64,000 nt of DNA from Candidatus Woesearchaeota archaeon (GTDB taxonomy: Archaea; Nanobdellota; Nanobdellia; Woesearchaeales; JACPBO01). The DNA is taken from the NCBI GenBank assembly GCA_030651135.1, contig JAUSCS010000006.1:522160-586159 (forward strand). Reading direction: 5' to 3'. The position numbers and the translations under genes were made by a program. Below the pieces are notes generated by a model, which did not search any database, was not told the DNA's origin, and saw nothing but the letters and a program-made list of their open reading frames with translations. Shown one piece after another: positions 37,578 to 46,311 of this stretch (positions within the stretch are counted from its first letter, which is position 1; each line of letters begins with the position of its first letter).

Positions 37578-38137
37578 GCCCTTCCTTTGCTTTCTCCCAT
37601 TGCAATCCCTGCTGCGATCAAATGCGCCACTCTAAGCGGCTCTGGAATGTAAGAATGAGTGCAGCTGATCTTCAGGATCTGTTTTGCTTGCTCTAAATTT
37701 AAACCAGCTAGCTGCACATAGATCTTCCCAGCCTTGATCACGTCGCCTGCTTTCTTTATACGTTTTATTTTGCTTTCTTTTTTTATCTTTTTCAAAGCAT
37801 CGAATATTTTTTTAAAATCCGGGTAATCCCTTATGACAATAATAACGGGGATTTTTGTTTTTTTATTTAATTCATTAACATCAACAACATTAAAGCCGCC
37901 CATTGCAATTCCGTTAAGGGCAATGCATCTTATCTGCGATTTAAACTTAGACTTTTTGATCATTTTAATCAGCTTGCTAGTTGAATCACCGCCATCAACC
38001 TTTATCTTGGTTGACATAACGCCGTCCATGAAATTGCCGCCTCTGAACAGAACACCGATAACCAGATTATCGCCTTTCTTGAATTTTTCAAAAGGTGAAT
38101 CATCTATTCCTAAAATGCGGATTTCTTCTTTCATCAT
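37574..38137 (-). CDS. DUF99 (UPF0215) family protein
   Basis: RILGIDDSPF...VIGVLFRG...KVDGGDST pattern of archaeal DUF99. Confidence 0.55.
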   Translation of the reverse strand: MMKEEIRILGIDDSPFEKFKKGDNLVIGVLFRGGNFMDGVMSTKIKVDGGDSTSKLIKMIKKSKFKSQIRCIALNGIAMGGFNVVDVNELNKKTKIPVIIVIRDYPDFKKIFDALKKIKKESKIKRIKKAGDVIKAGKIYVQLAGLNLEQAKQILKISCTHSYIPEPLRVAHLIAAGIAMGESKGRA

Positions 38138-38300
38138 CTCATCGCTTTTAATTTAGGTATTACAAAATACGCTATAAATGCGCACAATATTATTATAAAC
38201 CAGAAATAAAAGGTGCTTATTACGCCAAAAGCAAAAAGGATCATGTTAATGACAACCACCACTGTAAAAATTATTGCCATCAGCTTAATCGGTTCTTTTG

Positions 38301-39089
38301 TCATTTTATCTTCCTGCAGAAGCTCAAAAATCCTGTGTGACCGATGCCTTTTGTCTTTGGCCTTACTTTCCTTTCATCAACCTCCCATTCCCTTTCGATT
38401 ATTTCAATGGTTTTTACATGGATAAACCTTTCGTCCTTATTGATCACATTTACAAAATCCATCATCTGCGGAACTGAGGGCGAGTAGGAAATAACAAAGC
38501 CGCCAACCTTTAACGCTGCATAAGCGCTTTTTATAGCATTCCACGGCGAAGGCAGGTCTAATGTAATTAAATCAACATCTTTCTCGTCAATTCCATTGTA
38601 AATGTCTTTGTTTTTTATTTTTAAGTTATTTAAATTTAAAAATTCTTTATTCCTTTTAACAATTTTTAAAAAATCCTCCCTTATATCGTAGGTTATGACT
38701 TCCTTGCATAAATGAGCCAAGAAACAAGCCAATGCGCCTGATCCAGCTCCAGCATCTACAACAACAGAATTCTTGTTTATTCCTGTTTTTGCGATTATTG
38801 CTGCAATGTCTTTTAATGAAATTATCTGTGCTTCTCTTGCAATTCTTTTATAATCATCCATAAAGCCGGATGTGAAAATGCAGAATTTCTTTCCTGTATT
38901 TGTTGCTATTTCGCTTCCGTCTTTCTTTTTCAGGTCAGCTTTGGAAATAACGCCGTCTGCTGTATGAAAATCCTTGGTCAAATCCTCAACAAAGTATGCC
39001 TTTTCTTTTGAAATAACAACATCTCTGTTTAATTCTGCAATATGCTCTTTTTTCTCTTTTTTTATCAGAACTTTTCTTATTGGTTTCAT
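38301..39089 (-). CDS. trmI: tRNA (adenine-N1)-methyltransferase TrmI (GCD14 family)
   Basis: SAM motif VVDAGAGSGALACFLA. Start at the internal Met so the ORF does not overlap the tRNA at 39104..39210. Confidence 0.8.
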   Translation of the reverse strand: MKPIRKVLIKKEKKEHIAELNRDVVISKEKAYFVEDLTKDFHTADGVISKADLKKKDGSEIATNTGKKFCIFTSGFMDDYKRIAREAQIISLKDIAAIIAKTGINKNSVVVDAGAGSGALACFLAHLCKEVITYDIREDFLKIVKRNKEFLNLNNLKIKNKDIYNGIDEKDVDLITLDLPSPWNAIKSAYAALKVGGFVISYSPSVPQMMDFVNVINKDERFIHVKTIEIIEREWEVDERKVRPKTKGIGHTGFLSFCRKIK

Positions 39090-39103
39090 GTTTTTAAAAT
39101 AAA

Positions 39104-39210
39104 AAGGGCCCGGTGGGACTTTCAAAGCCAAAGTTTTGAACCTTCAGCCAATTTGAACCCACAATCTTCCGCTCTGCAGGCAGACGCCTTGCCGGATTCG
39201 ACCACGGACC
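39104..39210 (-). tRNA. tRNA-Cys (GCA) with ~33-nt intron in the T-loop
   Basis: Acceptor GGGTCCG/CGGGCCC, anticodon stem TCTGC/GCGGA, loop CTGCAGA, variable AGATT, T-stem GTGGG/CCCAC enclosing a 40-nt loop that begins TTCAAAT. Confidence 0.6.
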
Positions 39211-39880
39211 CTTTCAGTAACCACAATCGACTTCTTAATGTTATTTTCGGCTTATAATAACCCAATCTCCTCCAAAGTAAATATTTTGTTAAATTTTTTT
39301 CTGTACTGAATCCAATCTCATTTACCCATTTCTTTAACATCATTGGCCCACTTAAATAGAGCCTTATCGTAGTATCAGATACTACAGAATTGCTAGTTAC
39401 TTTAAAATCTTTTTGTTTTAAGATGTTTTTTATTTGATTTAACAATTTTTCACTGCATGTCTTTATTTCTATTCTTGGGTAAGTGGGGTATTTGAATTTT
39501 TTACTTTTTGAAAAATATAAAGAGCCATCTGTTTCAAATATTCCGCGAATTATATGTTTGGAATATTTCCATTGTAAAAATTGTTTAGGTATTTCTGTAT
39601 TATGAGATTTATTTTTAAATTTTATTTTAATCTCATTTATCAAATATTCTACAAACTTTTTATTATTGAACTCTAATCTTAAGGATTCACCAAGTTTTTC
39701 TTTTTTGATTCTGGTTAGCGGCCTTTTTTTTGTTAGTTTATAAAGCAAGTTTGAAATCTTTAAAAAGTAATCTTTTTGCTCTTTGGCATTACCAGCGAAT
39801 TCAACCCTATATGTTCTGGGAGGGTTATAAATAATAGAACCATCTCCTATAAAAGCACCAATAAATTCATAAAAGTTCAT
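39122..39880 (-). CDS. free-standing double-motif LAGLIDADG endonuclease-like protein; 3' end overlaps tRNA-Cys
   Basis: FIGAFIGDGS and IRGIFETDGSLYF. Paralog of 32895..33902. The last ~30 codons read through the tRNA-Cys gene. Confidence 0.65.
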   Translation of the reverse strand: MNFYEFIGAFIGDGSIIYNPPRTYRVEFAGNAKEQKDYFLKISNLLYKLTKKRPLTRIKKEKLGESLRLEFNNKKFVEYLINEIKIKFKNKSHNTEIPKQFLQWKYSKHIIRGIFETDGSLYFSKSKKFKYPTYPRIEIKTCSEKLLNQIKNILKQKDFKVTSNSVVSDTTIRLYLSGPMMLKKWVNEIGFSTEKNLTKYLLWRRLGYYKPKITLRSRLWLLKGSVVESGKASACRAEDCGFKLAEGSKLWL

Positions 39881-39889
39881 TTTATAAAG

Positions 39890-39988
39890 CGGGCCTAGGA
39901 GGATTTGAACCCCCGACCTTCAGCTTAGAAGGCTGCCGCTCTATTTGCCTGAGCAAAGTTAGTTGCTCACCAGACTGAGCTATAGGCC
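39890..39988 (-). tRNA. tRNA-Arg (TCT) with ~25-nt insertion in the D-loop
   Basis: Acceptor GGGCCTA/TAGGCCC, D-arm GCTC-AGTCTGGT[insert]TAGAGC, anticodon loop CTTCTAA, T-arm GGGGG-TTCAAAT-CCTCC. Confidence 0.6.
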
Positions 39989-40036
39989 CATAAGAACAAG
40001 AATTGGTTTTTTGTTTATAAATGTTATCAAAGAAAT

Positions 40037-41824
40037 TTATGCTTTAATCAAAACCGCCTTTATCCTTCTCACACCGGCAGCAACGCTTTCTTCCTTTATT
40101 ATCTTGAAATGCCCCAATTCAGAAGTATTTTTGACATGCGGACCGCCGCAGATCTCAACAGAAAAATCTCCAATGGAATAAACAAAGACTTTTTCTCCGT
40201 ATTTGTGCTCAAACACGCCCTGCGCCCCTTTTTTCTTTGCCTCATCCACAGTCATCTCTTCCTGCTTAACAGGCAGTGCTTCCTTTATTTTTTCATTAAT
40301 CAAATCTTCAACTTCTTTAAGCTCTTGCTCTGTCAATTTCCGGTCAAAATTAAAATCAAATCTTAATCTTTCCGGCGTTATGTTTGATCCTCTCTGGAAA
40401 ATATCCTTTTTCCCCAAAACAACTCTTAATGCCTGATTCAGCATATGAGTTGCTGTATGCAGCTTTGTTGTCTCTTCTGAAGAATCTGCAAGTCCGCCTT
40501 TGAATTTTTTCTCAGCCCCGATCCTGCTCAATTCCTGGTGCTTCTCAAATTCTTTATTAAATCCAGTTACATCAACGCTGACATTTTTTTCTTTTGCCAG
40601 CTCAGCTGTCATTTCAATCGGAAAGCCAAAGCTCTGGAATAGCAGGAATGCATTCTCGCCATCAATCTCTTTTTTATTTTTTATGATTTTTTCAAATTCT
40701 TTCAGCCCATTTTCAAGAGTTTTCCTGAATTTTTCATCTTCTTTTTTCAGTTCATCCAATATAAAATCCTTATTTTTTTCCAGTTCTTTATAATCGCTTT
40801 TGTGCAGCTCAATAGTTATTTTTGCCAATTCTGACAGAAATTCCTTTTCAATGCCCAATAGCTTTCCGTGCCTTATTGATCTTCTGATAAATCTCCTTAA
40901 GATATATCCCTGGTCAACATTCGAGGGAGCAATTGCCTTTTCATCTCCCAATATGAAAGTTGCAGCTCTTATATGGTCTGTTATGATTCTTACTGATTTT
41001 AGCTGCTCTTCATTTGGCTCCTTGATCTTGGCAATTTCCTTTATTTTGTCAATTATCGGCTTGAATGTCTCAATTTCATAGACTATTTTCTTTCCCTGCA
41101 GGACAGCAGCTGTCCTTTCAACACCCATTCCAGTATCAACATTTTGCTGCTTTAGCTTCTCGAATCTTCCATCTTTTGTTTTGTTGTACTGCATGAAAAC
41201 ATCATTCCATATCTCAAAATATTTCCCGCAAAAGCAGCCAGGCTTGCAATCATTGCTGCATTTTTCTTTTCCTGTATCGTAAAACATTTCACTATCTGGG
41301 CCGCAAGGACCGGTTTCGCCAGCAGGACCCCACCAATTATCTTTTTTCGGCAAAAAATAAATTCTTTCTTTCGGAATTCCAACTGAGAGCCAGATCTTGG
41401 CAGATTCCTCGTCTTTTGGCGCATCATTATCCCCTTTAAAGCACGTTACTGATATCTTTTCCTTATTTATTCCAAGCCATTTTCTGTCTGTCAGGAATTC
41501 ATAGCTCCATTCTATTGCTTCCTTTTTCCAGTAATCCCCTAATGACCAGTTTCCAAGCATTTCAAAGAAAGTAAGATGAGAAGAATCTCCGACTTCATCA
41601 ATATCATCTGTTCTTAAGCATTTCTGAACATCCACAAGCCTTTTTCCCTGTGGATGCGGCTGGCCTATTAAAAAAGGAACTAAAGGATGCATTCCAGCTG
41701 CTGTGAACAATACAGTGGGATCATGCTCCGGGATCAAAGAAGCAGAAGCTATTAGCTTGTGGCCTTTTTCGCTGAAAAACCCGAAATACAGATCTTTCAG
41801 CTCTTTTGATGTTAGTTGTTTCAT
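40037..41824 (-). CDS. alaS: alanyl-tRNA synthetase (catalytic + tRNA-recognition + editing domains; lacks C-Ala domain)
   Basis: Class II motifs (HLTFFEMLGNWS, GMGVERT). Editing-domain HTATHMLNQAL and CGGPHV. Confidence 0.9.
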   Translation of the reverse strand: MKQLTSKELKDLYFGFFSEKGHKLIASASLIPEHDPTVLFTAAGMHPLVPFLIGQPHPQGKRLVDVQKCLRTDDIDEVGDSSHLTFFEMLGNWSLGDYWKKEAIEWSYEFLTDRKWLGINKEKISVTCFKGDNDAPKDEESAKIWLSVGIPKERIYFLPKKDNWWGPAGETGPCGPDSEMFYDTGKEKCSNDCKPGCFCGKYFEIWNDVFMQYNKTKDGRFEKLKQQNVDTGMGVERTAAVLQGKKIVYEIETFKPIIDKIKEIAKIKEPNEEQLKSVRIITDHIRAATFILGDEKAIAPSNVDQGYILRRFIRRSIRHGKLLGIEKEFLSELAKITIELHKSDYKELEKNKDFILDELKKEDEKFRKTLENGLKEFEKIIKNKKEIDGENAFLLFQSFGFPIEMTAELAKEKNVSVDVTGFNKEFEKHQELSRIGAEKKFKGGLADSSEETTKLHTATHMLNQALRVVLGKKDIFQRGSNITPERLRFDFNFDRKLTEQELKEVEDLINEKIKEALPVKQEEMTVDEAKKKGAQGVFEHKYGEKVFVYSIGDFSVEICGGPHVKNTSELGHFKIIKEESVAAGVRRIKAVLIKA

Positions 41825-41826
41825 TG

Positions 41827-42594
41827 TTAAGGGATTTTTATAGGCGTATTTAAATGTTTTTTATTTTTATAAGGCCTTGCTATGTTCCACATTAATTCAA
41901 ACTGTTTCCTATATGACTCAGCAACTTCTTTATTTCTTATGATAATTAAATAATCAGGATTTCCCCAGACAATTGTTTGTACGTTATCTCTATAAATCTG
42001 TACGGGATTAGGGTTAAAATATCTCTTAGGAATTTTTCTATATTTAGATGTTCCTCTTTGAAATATTCCTTTATCGCCCTCCTTGATAATCACTCTCTCT
42101 TTTATTTTAAACCTAATCATATCTCTTTCATATTGGTCGCAAATCGTTTTGTATTTTGCGAAGGGTATAGATTCCTCAACTGCAGTGCAAAGAATTTCTC
42201 CTCCAATTGATTTCAAATTATCTATTATATCTCTAAGAGCAATTCTAACAACATTTTTTCCTTTGTAGGTTTCTACGGAAAGAGATTGTTGTGCTTGTTC
42301 ATTTAATTTTGTTAGTTGAGGAAGAATTTGCTTATAATTCTCTGTTCTTTCATTAAGGAATTCTAAGATTAATTTTGGATCTATTGCTTTGAATAATTTT
42401 GTTTTTCCCTCTTGAACAGAACTAACAAAACCTTTTTCCATTAATCTTTTGAGGGAATCATATGTAACTTGTCTGTATAATCCTGCTTTTTCTGCTAATT
42501 CATAGGCCGACATTTGTCCATTTGTAAGCAGAGCTAAGTATACTTCGGCTTCATAATTTGTTAATCCAATTTGAGTTAAAACTGCTTTATCCAT
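41827..42594 (-). CDS. TrmB-family transcriptional regulator
   Basis: LTNYEAEVYLALLTNGQMSAYELAEKAGLYRQVTYDSLKRLMEKGFV. Divergent from the radical SAM gene at 42670. Confidence 0.7.
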   Translation of the reverse strand: MDKAVLTQIGLTNYEAEVYLALLTNGQMSAYELAEKAGLYRQVTYDSLKRLMEKGFVSSVQEGKTKLFKAIDPKLILEFLNERTENYKQILPQLTKLNEQAQQSLSVETYKGKNVVRIALRDIIDNLKSIGGEILCTAVEESIPFAKYKTICDQYERDMIRFKIKERVIIKEGDKGIFQRGTSKYRKIPKRYFNPNPVQIYRDNVQTIVWGNPDYLIIIRNKEVAESYRKQFELMWNIARPYKNKKHLNTPIKIP

Positions 42595-42669
42595 ATTAGT
42601 ATGATATCATACGAATTAAGTATATATAAATCTGTCTGACTACTTCTTAGTGGATAAAGGTGAATAAAT

Positions 42670-43671
42670 ATGGAAAAAACAAAAAAATTACTTGTTGGAA
42701 ATCCAAACCAACTTGAAGTAGATGGACAAATAGGAGAAGATGAATTATCTTATGTAGTTATGAACTTGCCGTTTGGCTGTAATTATAGCTGTTCTAAATG
42801 TTACAGAGATGATAATAAGTCTTTTGATAGTGTTAATCTGGACACAAGATTGGACATTATTTCACAAGCAAGAGATTTAGGCGCAAAAGTTTTTTGTATT
42901 CCTGGTGAAGGGGAGCCATTAACAAATAAAGATTTAACAATGCAGTTAATAGATCATGCCAATGCAGTAGGATTAATAGCCATCCTATATACCAATGGCA
43001 GTTTTCTTAATCAGGAGACAGTAAATGAATTATTCAATAAGAACGTGACTTTAATTACAAGTTTTGACTCATTAAATCCCGAAACGTATCTTAAATTAAC
43101 AGGATTTAAGGGATTTGATAGAGTGATGAGAAATCTTGAAAATGTCAGAGGAACATACAAAACAGGAAATAGAACAAGAGAAAATGGTTTGATTGAGACA
43201 AGATGGGGAGTAATCACAATCATTAACCAGCACAATAAAGGAGAAATTCCGAAGATAAGGGAATTTTGCGGAGATGATGCATTTTTTATCTGTAATTATC
43301 CCATAAACAAGGGCAGAGCAAAAAGTGTTTGGGATTCGTATGTAGGTACTCAGGAGAATCTAATAGAATTAATTAGAACTGCAAATATGTATACTGATAC
43401 ACTTGTAGCAGGACTTAGTTCGCCAACAAGAAGCGGACAATGTATAATGCTAAATAATGGCATTACGATTGATACTAATGGAAATGCTCATGCATGCCCG
43501 GCTATGGTCGATACAAACTTAGGAAATATAGCAGATACTTCTGTTGGTGAGATTTGGCGGAAAACCAAAGAATACACACAGTCTAAAGGAAATCCTCTTT
43601 GCTTAGCCAGAGACATAAAGCAGTATTGTAAAAAAGCCAACATCTTGAGTGTTGGAGAGATGGTTATTTAG
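42670..43671 (+). CDS. radical SAM enzyme with C-terminal Cys-rich auxiliary domain (paralog of 2117..3106)
   Basis: CNYSCSKC, VFCIPGEGEPL. C-terminal Cys at CIML, ACPAM, CLARD, YCKK. Confidence 0.8.
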   Translation: MEKTKKLLVGNPNQLEVDGQIGEDELSYVVMNLPFGCNYSCSKCYRDDNKSFDSVNLDTRLDIISQARDLGAKVFCIPGEGEPLTNKDLTMQLIDHANAVGLIAILYTNGSFLNQETVNELFNKNVTLITSFDSLNPETYLKLTGFKGFDRVMRNLENVRGTYKTGNRTRENGLIETRWGVITIINQHNKGEIPKIREFCGDDAFFICNYPINKGRAKSVWDSYVGTQENLIELIRTANMYTDTLVAGLSSPTRSGQCIMLNNGITIDTNGNAHACPAMVDTNLGNIADTSVGEIWRKTKEYTQSKGNPLCLARDIKQYCKKANILSVGEMVI

Positions 43672-43784
43672 GCGACCCCATTAGTTTTTTAGAAATTGCC
43701 CTTTTCTATTTCAGGACTTCAAATTAGCAATAACAAATAAAACAACAAAAGTAGGCGGGCTTAAAACGCAGGAGTAAAATAAAA

Positions 43785-44429
43785 ATGAAGCAAGACATAG
43801 TTGTGTTTGATGTGTTAGGTCCGATATACCAGTATGCTGAAGTAAATGGCAGACTTGAGAACTGCATTCCATTTGCATATGAAAAAATAAAAGAGCTGCA
43901 TCCAGAGGAATATGAACGTGCAAAAAATGATTTTGCTTTTGCAGCAGAAATGGAATTTAGGCTTTTTAAAGAAGGCGCAATTACCTGCATTGCAACGCCA
44001 TTTGCAGTCGATACTTTGCTTTATCTAAAGGAAAAAGGCATTATGCCTGTTGTTGCTTCTGCCGGAACTGATGAAACTCTTAGATTCACTTTGGACACAA
44101 TAGTTGATAATTATAACAGGCAGAATGGAACAAAGCTAGTTGCAAATGAGGTAATTCCTTACAAAAATCTTATCTCAACAAGCCCCATAGGGAGCAAAAA
44201 AGATCCTAAGACGTGGCAGACAGCAGTTTATGATAATTTTGGAGCAAATAATAGGATATTGCTTGGTTATGAAGACAGCATTAATAATTGCCTTGCTCTG
44301 GCCAATGGGCTGAATTGCACAGGATTGCATATCGTCTCTGAAAATTGTAATTTGTCAATTGTGCAATATAACCCTACGATAATCAGGGGAACAATGGAGC
44401 AGCATTATAAAATGTTAAGAGGCGGATAA
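43785..44429 (+). CDS. hypothetical protein (possibly HAD-like)
   Basis: 214 aa. N-terminal VVFDVLGPI is weakly HAD motif-I-like. Confidence 0.45.
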   Translation: MKQDIVVFDVLGPIYQYAEVNGRLENCIPFAYEKIKELHPEEYERAKNDFAFAAEMEFRLFKEGAITCIATPFAVDTLLYLKEKGIMPVVASAGTDETLRFTLDTIVDNYNRQNGTKLVANEVIPYKNLISTSPIGSKKDPKTWQTAVYDNFGANNRILLGYEDSINNCLALANGLNCTGLHIVSENCNLSIVQYNPTIIRGTMEQHYKMLRGG

Positions 44430-44430
44430 A

Positions 44431-44802
44431 ATGAGGCTCATAGCAAAAGGTCTTGGTGTAAGCAAAGGGGGAGTGCAAGGCAGAGTTAAGATCATAAAAA
44501 GTGTTAAAGATTATGCAAAGCTAAAGAAGGGCGATATCCTTGTAACCAGGTTGACAGACCCAACAATGACTGCCATCATGGGCAGAGCTGCCGGAATAAT
44601 CTGCGACATTGGCGGCCTTACATCACACCCTTCTGTTTTGAGCAGGGAAATGGGAATTCCGTGCATTGTATCTGCAAAAGGCATAATTACAGGAAAGCCA
44701 ATAACTGAGCTTTTAAAAGAGGGTCAGGAAATTGAAATGAATGGTGAAAATGGAGAAATCTTTCTTAAAGATGAATCATGGAATTTGAGGTGGAAATTAT
44801 GA
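44431..44802 (+). CDS. stand-alone PEP-utilizing enzyme mobile (swivel phosphohistidine) domain protein
   Basis: GGLTSHPSVLSREMGIPCIV matches the PEP-utilisers phosphohistidine motif (GGxTSHAAIxARExGIP). Starts 2 nt after the previous ORF. Confidence 0.7.
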   Translation: MRLIAKGLGVSKGGVQGRVKIIKSVKDYAKLKKGDILVTRLTDPTMTAIMGRAAGIICDIGGLTSHPSVLSREMGIPCIVSAKGIITGKPITELLKEGQEIEMNGENGEIFLKDESWNLRWKL

Positions 44803-45863
44803 ACTGGCTTGATTTGTGGATGGACTCCATAGCCGCTTCATTGGGGAATATGGATCTGGCTACTTTGGAGCCTTTTAACTTTGATAATATGCATTCTCTT
44901 TATTCAAAAGAATGGGTCAATAGATTCCTTCTTGCCATAAGCAGAAGAAAACAATTAGATGTTTCTTTTGCAAGGCTTGCAAAAATGATAACAGGGCCTT
45001 CGCATCTCAGAGCCCAGTATTATTTCATGCTTGCCGACTTAAAGTTTGCAGGAATAAAAAAGGAGGAAAGATTGGAAATTGCAAAATTTTTTGATAGCAT
45101 TATAAATGAAAAGTCAAAGGGGGATATTTATGGTTTCAGAAGCAACATTGCTCATACAGGCAAAGAGATCGTAGAATTATGCAGAAAAATAAGTTTTGAA
45201 AAAGCAAATCCTGAAATTGCAAGATTTCTTGGGAAGCTGTATACAGCGGCATTTCATCTTGTAAATGGGCTTTATACAGACATATATACAGATTATGGCA
45301 TCGAAAACTTTGGAGAATATGATGTAAGCAGTGTTTTTGGGCCTGGCCACATGATGGTCATAAAGTCATTTAGCGATCTTAAGCCAATGGGCATATGGCC
45401 TGAGATAAGAGATTCGCCGTGTAAAACACTTAACATCTATGCCATATATAAAAATGTAAAATTCAGGTGTGATTCGATATCCTGCCATTCTGTTTACGAA
45501 GGAGATCCTATTGCTGGCATGGCCTATTATGCTGTCGGTGTTGATGGCATTCTCATTAACTCAATAGAAAAATTGGAAAAAATAAGAGAAGCCATAGAAA
45601 GGTGCTCAATAGAGCAATGGAAGAGGCTCATAAGCCAAGAAAAAGAGCAGCTTAAAATAAAAGCGCTTATGCAAAGATGCTATGTTCTGAAAAACATGTT
45701 CGAATTGCTGGGCATAGAATGGAAACCAAGCACAGGCATGATCAATGCTGTTAAAGATAAGCCGCTTAGCTCCCCTTTCAAAATCATACCGAAAGATGAA
45801 AAAGAGAGAAGGTTATTTTGGAAGAAATTTTTTGATCCAAGACTCGAGATTTATCCTTCATAG
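44778..45863 (+). CDS. hypothetical protein
   Basis: 361 aa. Overlaps the preceding ORF by 25 nt, suggesting translational coupling. Confidence 0.45.
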   Translation: MEFEVEIMNWLDLWMDSIAASLGNMDLATLEPFNFDNMHSLYSKEWVNRFLLAISRRKQLDVSFARLAKMITGPSHLRAQYYFMLADLKFAGIKKEERLEIAKFFDSIINEKSKGDIYGFRSNIAHTGKEIVELCRKISFEKANPEIARFLGKLYTAAFHLVNGLYTDIYTDYGIENFGEYDVSSVFGPGHMMVIKSFSDLKPMGIWPEIRDSPCKTLNIYAIYKNVKFRCDSISCHSVYEGDPIAGMAYYAVGVDGILINSIEKLEKIREAIERCSIEQWKRLISQEKEQLKIKALMQRCYVLKNMFELLGIEWKPSTGMINAVKDKPLSSPFKIIPKDEKERRLFWKKFFDPRLEIYPS

Positions 45864-45930
45864 CTACTAAAATCCAAATATATTCTTCATCATAATAAAA
45901 TTTAAATACTTCTACTCCAAAATAACAAAT

Positions 45931-46311
45931 ATGGCAAGCAATTTTGTCGATCTGATCATTGAAAAAGGGATGGACAAGGTAAACATTTCTATGCTGGATG
46001 AAAAGAACAGGAAAATGATCCTTGGCGATGCAGGCAGCCAGCTGGTTAGAATGGGCAAGTTTGAAGATGGTGTGAAAGCACTTGCATTGGCTGGAGAAAA
46101 AGAAAAACTGATTAAACTGGCAGAAGACTTTGCGAAAGAGAAGCAGATAAGGCTGGCAGCATTGGCAATAGAGAATTCCGGCGATATTGCAAGGATCGAA
46201 GCCATTGCAGCAGAATGTGTAAACCTCGGATTAATGGCAGAGGCATTAAAGCTCTACAAGGCAGCAGGGAATGAGATGATGACCAATTTCGTGCTTGAGA
46301 ATTTTAAGTGA
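45931..46311 (+). CDS. hypothetical protein
   Basis: 126 aa, Ala/Leu-rich helical. Confidence 0.35.
   Translation: MASNFVDLIIEKGMDKVNISMLDEKNRKMILGDAGSQLVRMGKFEDGVKALALAGEKEKLIKLAEDFAKEKQIRLAALAIENSGDIARIEAIAAECVNLGLMAEALKLYKAAGNEMMTNFVLENFK

Noticed and set aside
39963-40181. 72-aa + ORF between the LAGLIDADG gene and alaS
   Set aside because: Overlaps tRNA-Arg on the opposite strand and the 3' end of alaS. Spurious.
40109-41081. Stack of + strand ORFs inside alaS, and similar stacks inside ftsY (60169..61113), pyrG and the ABC/FtsX genes
   Set aside because: Antisense low-complexity ORFs (Ser/Phe/Leu-rich) within well-supported genes.
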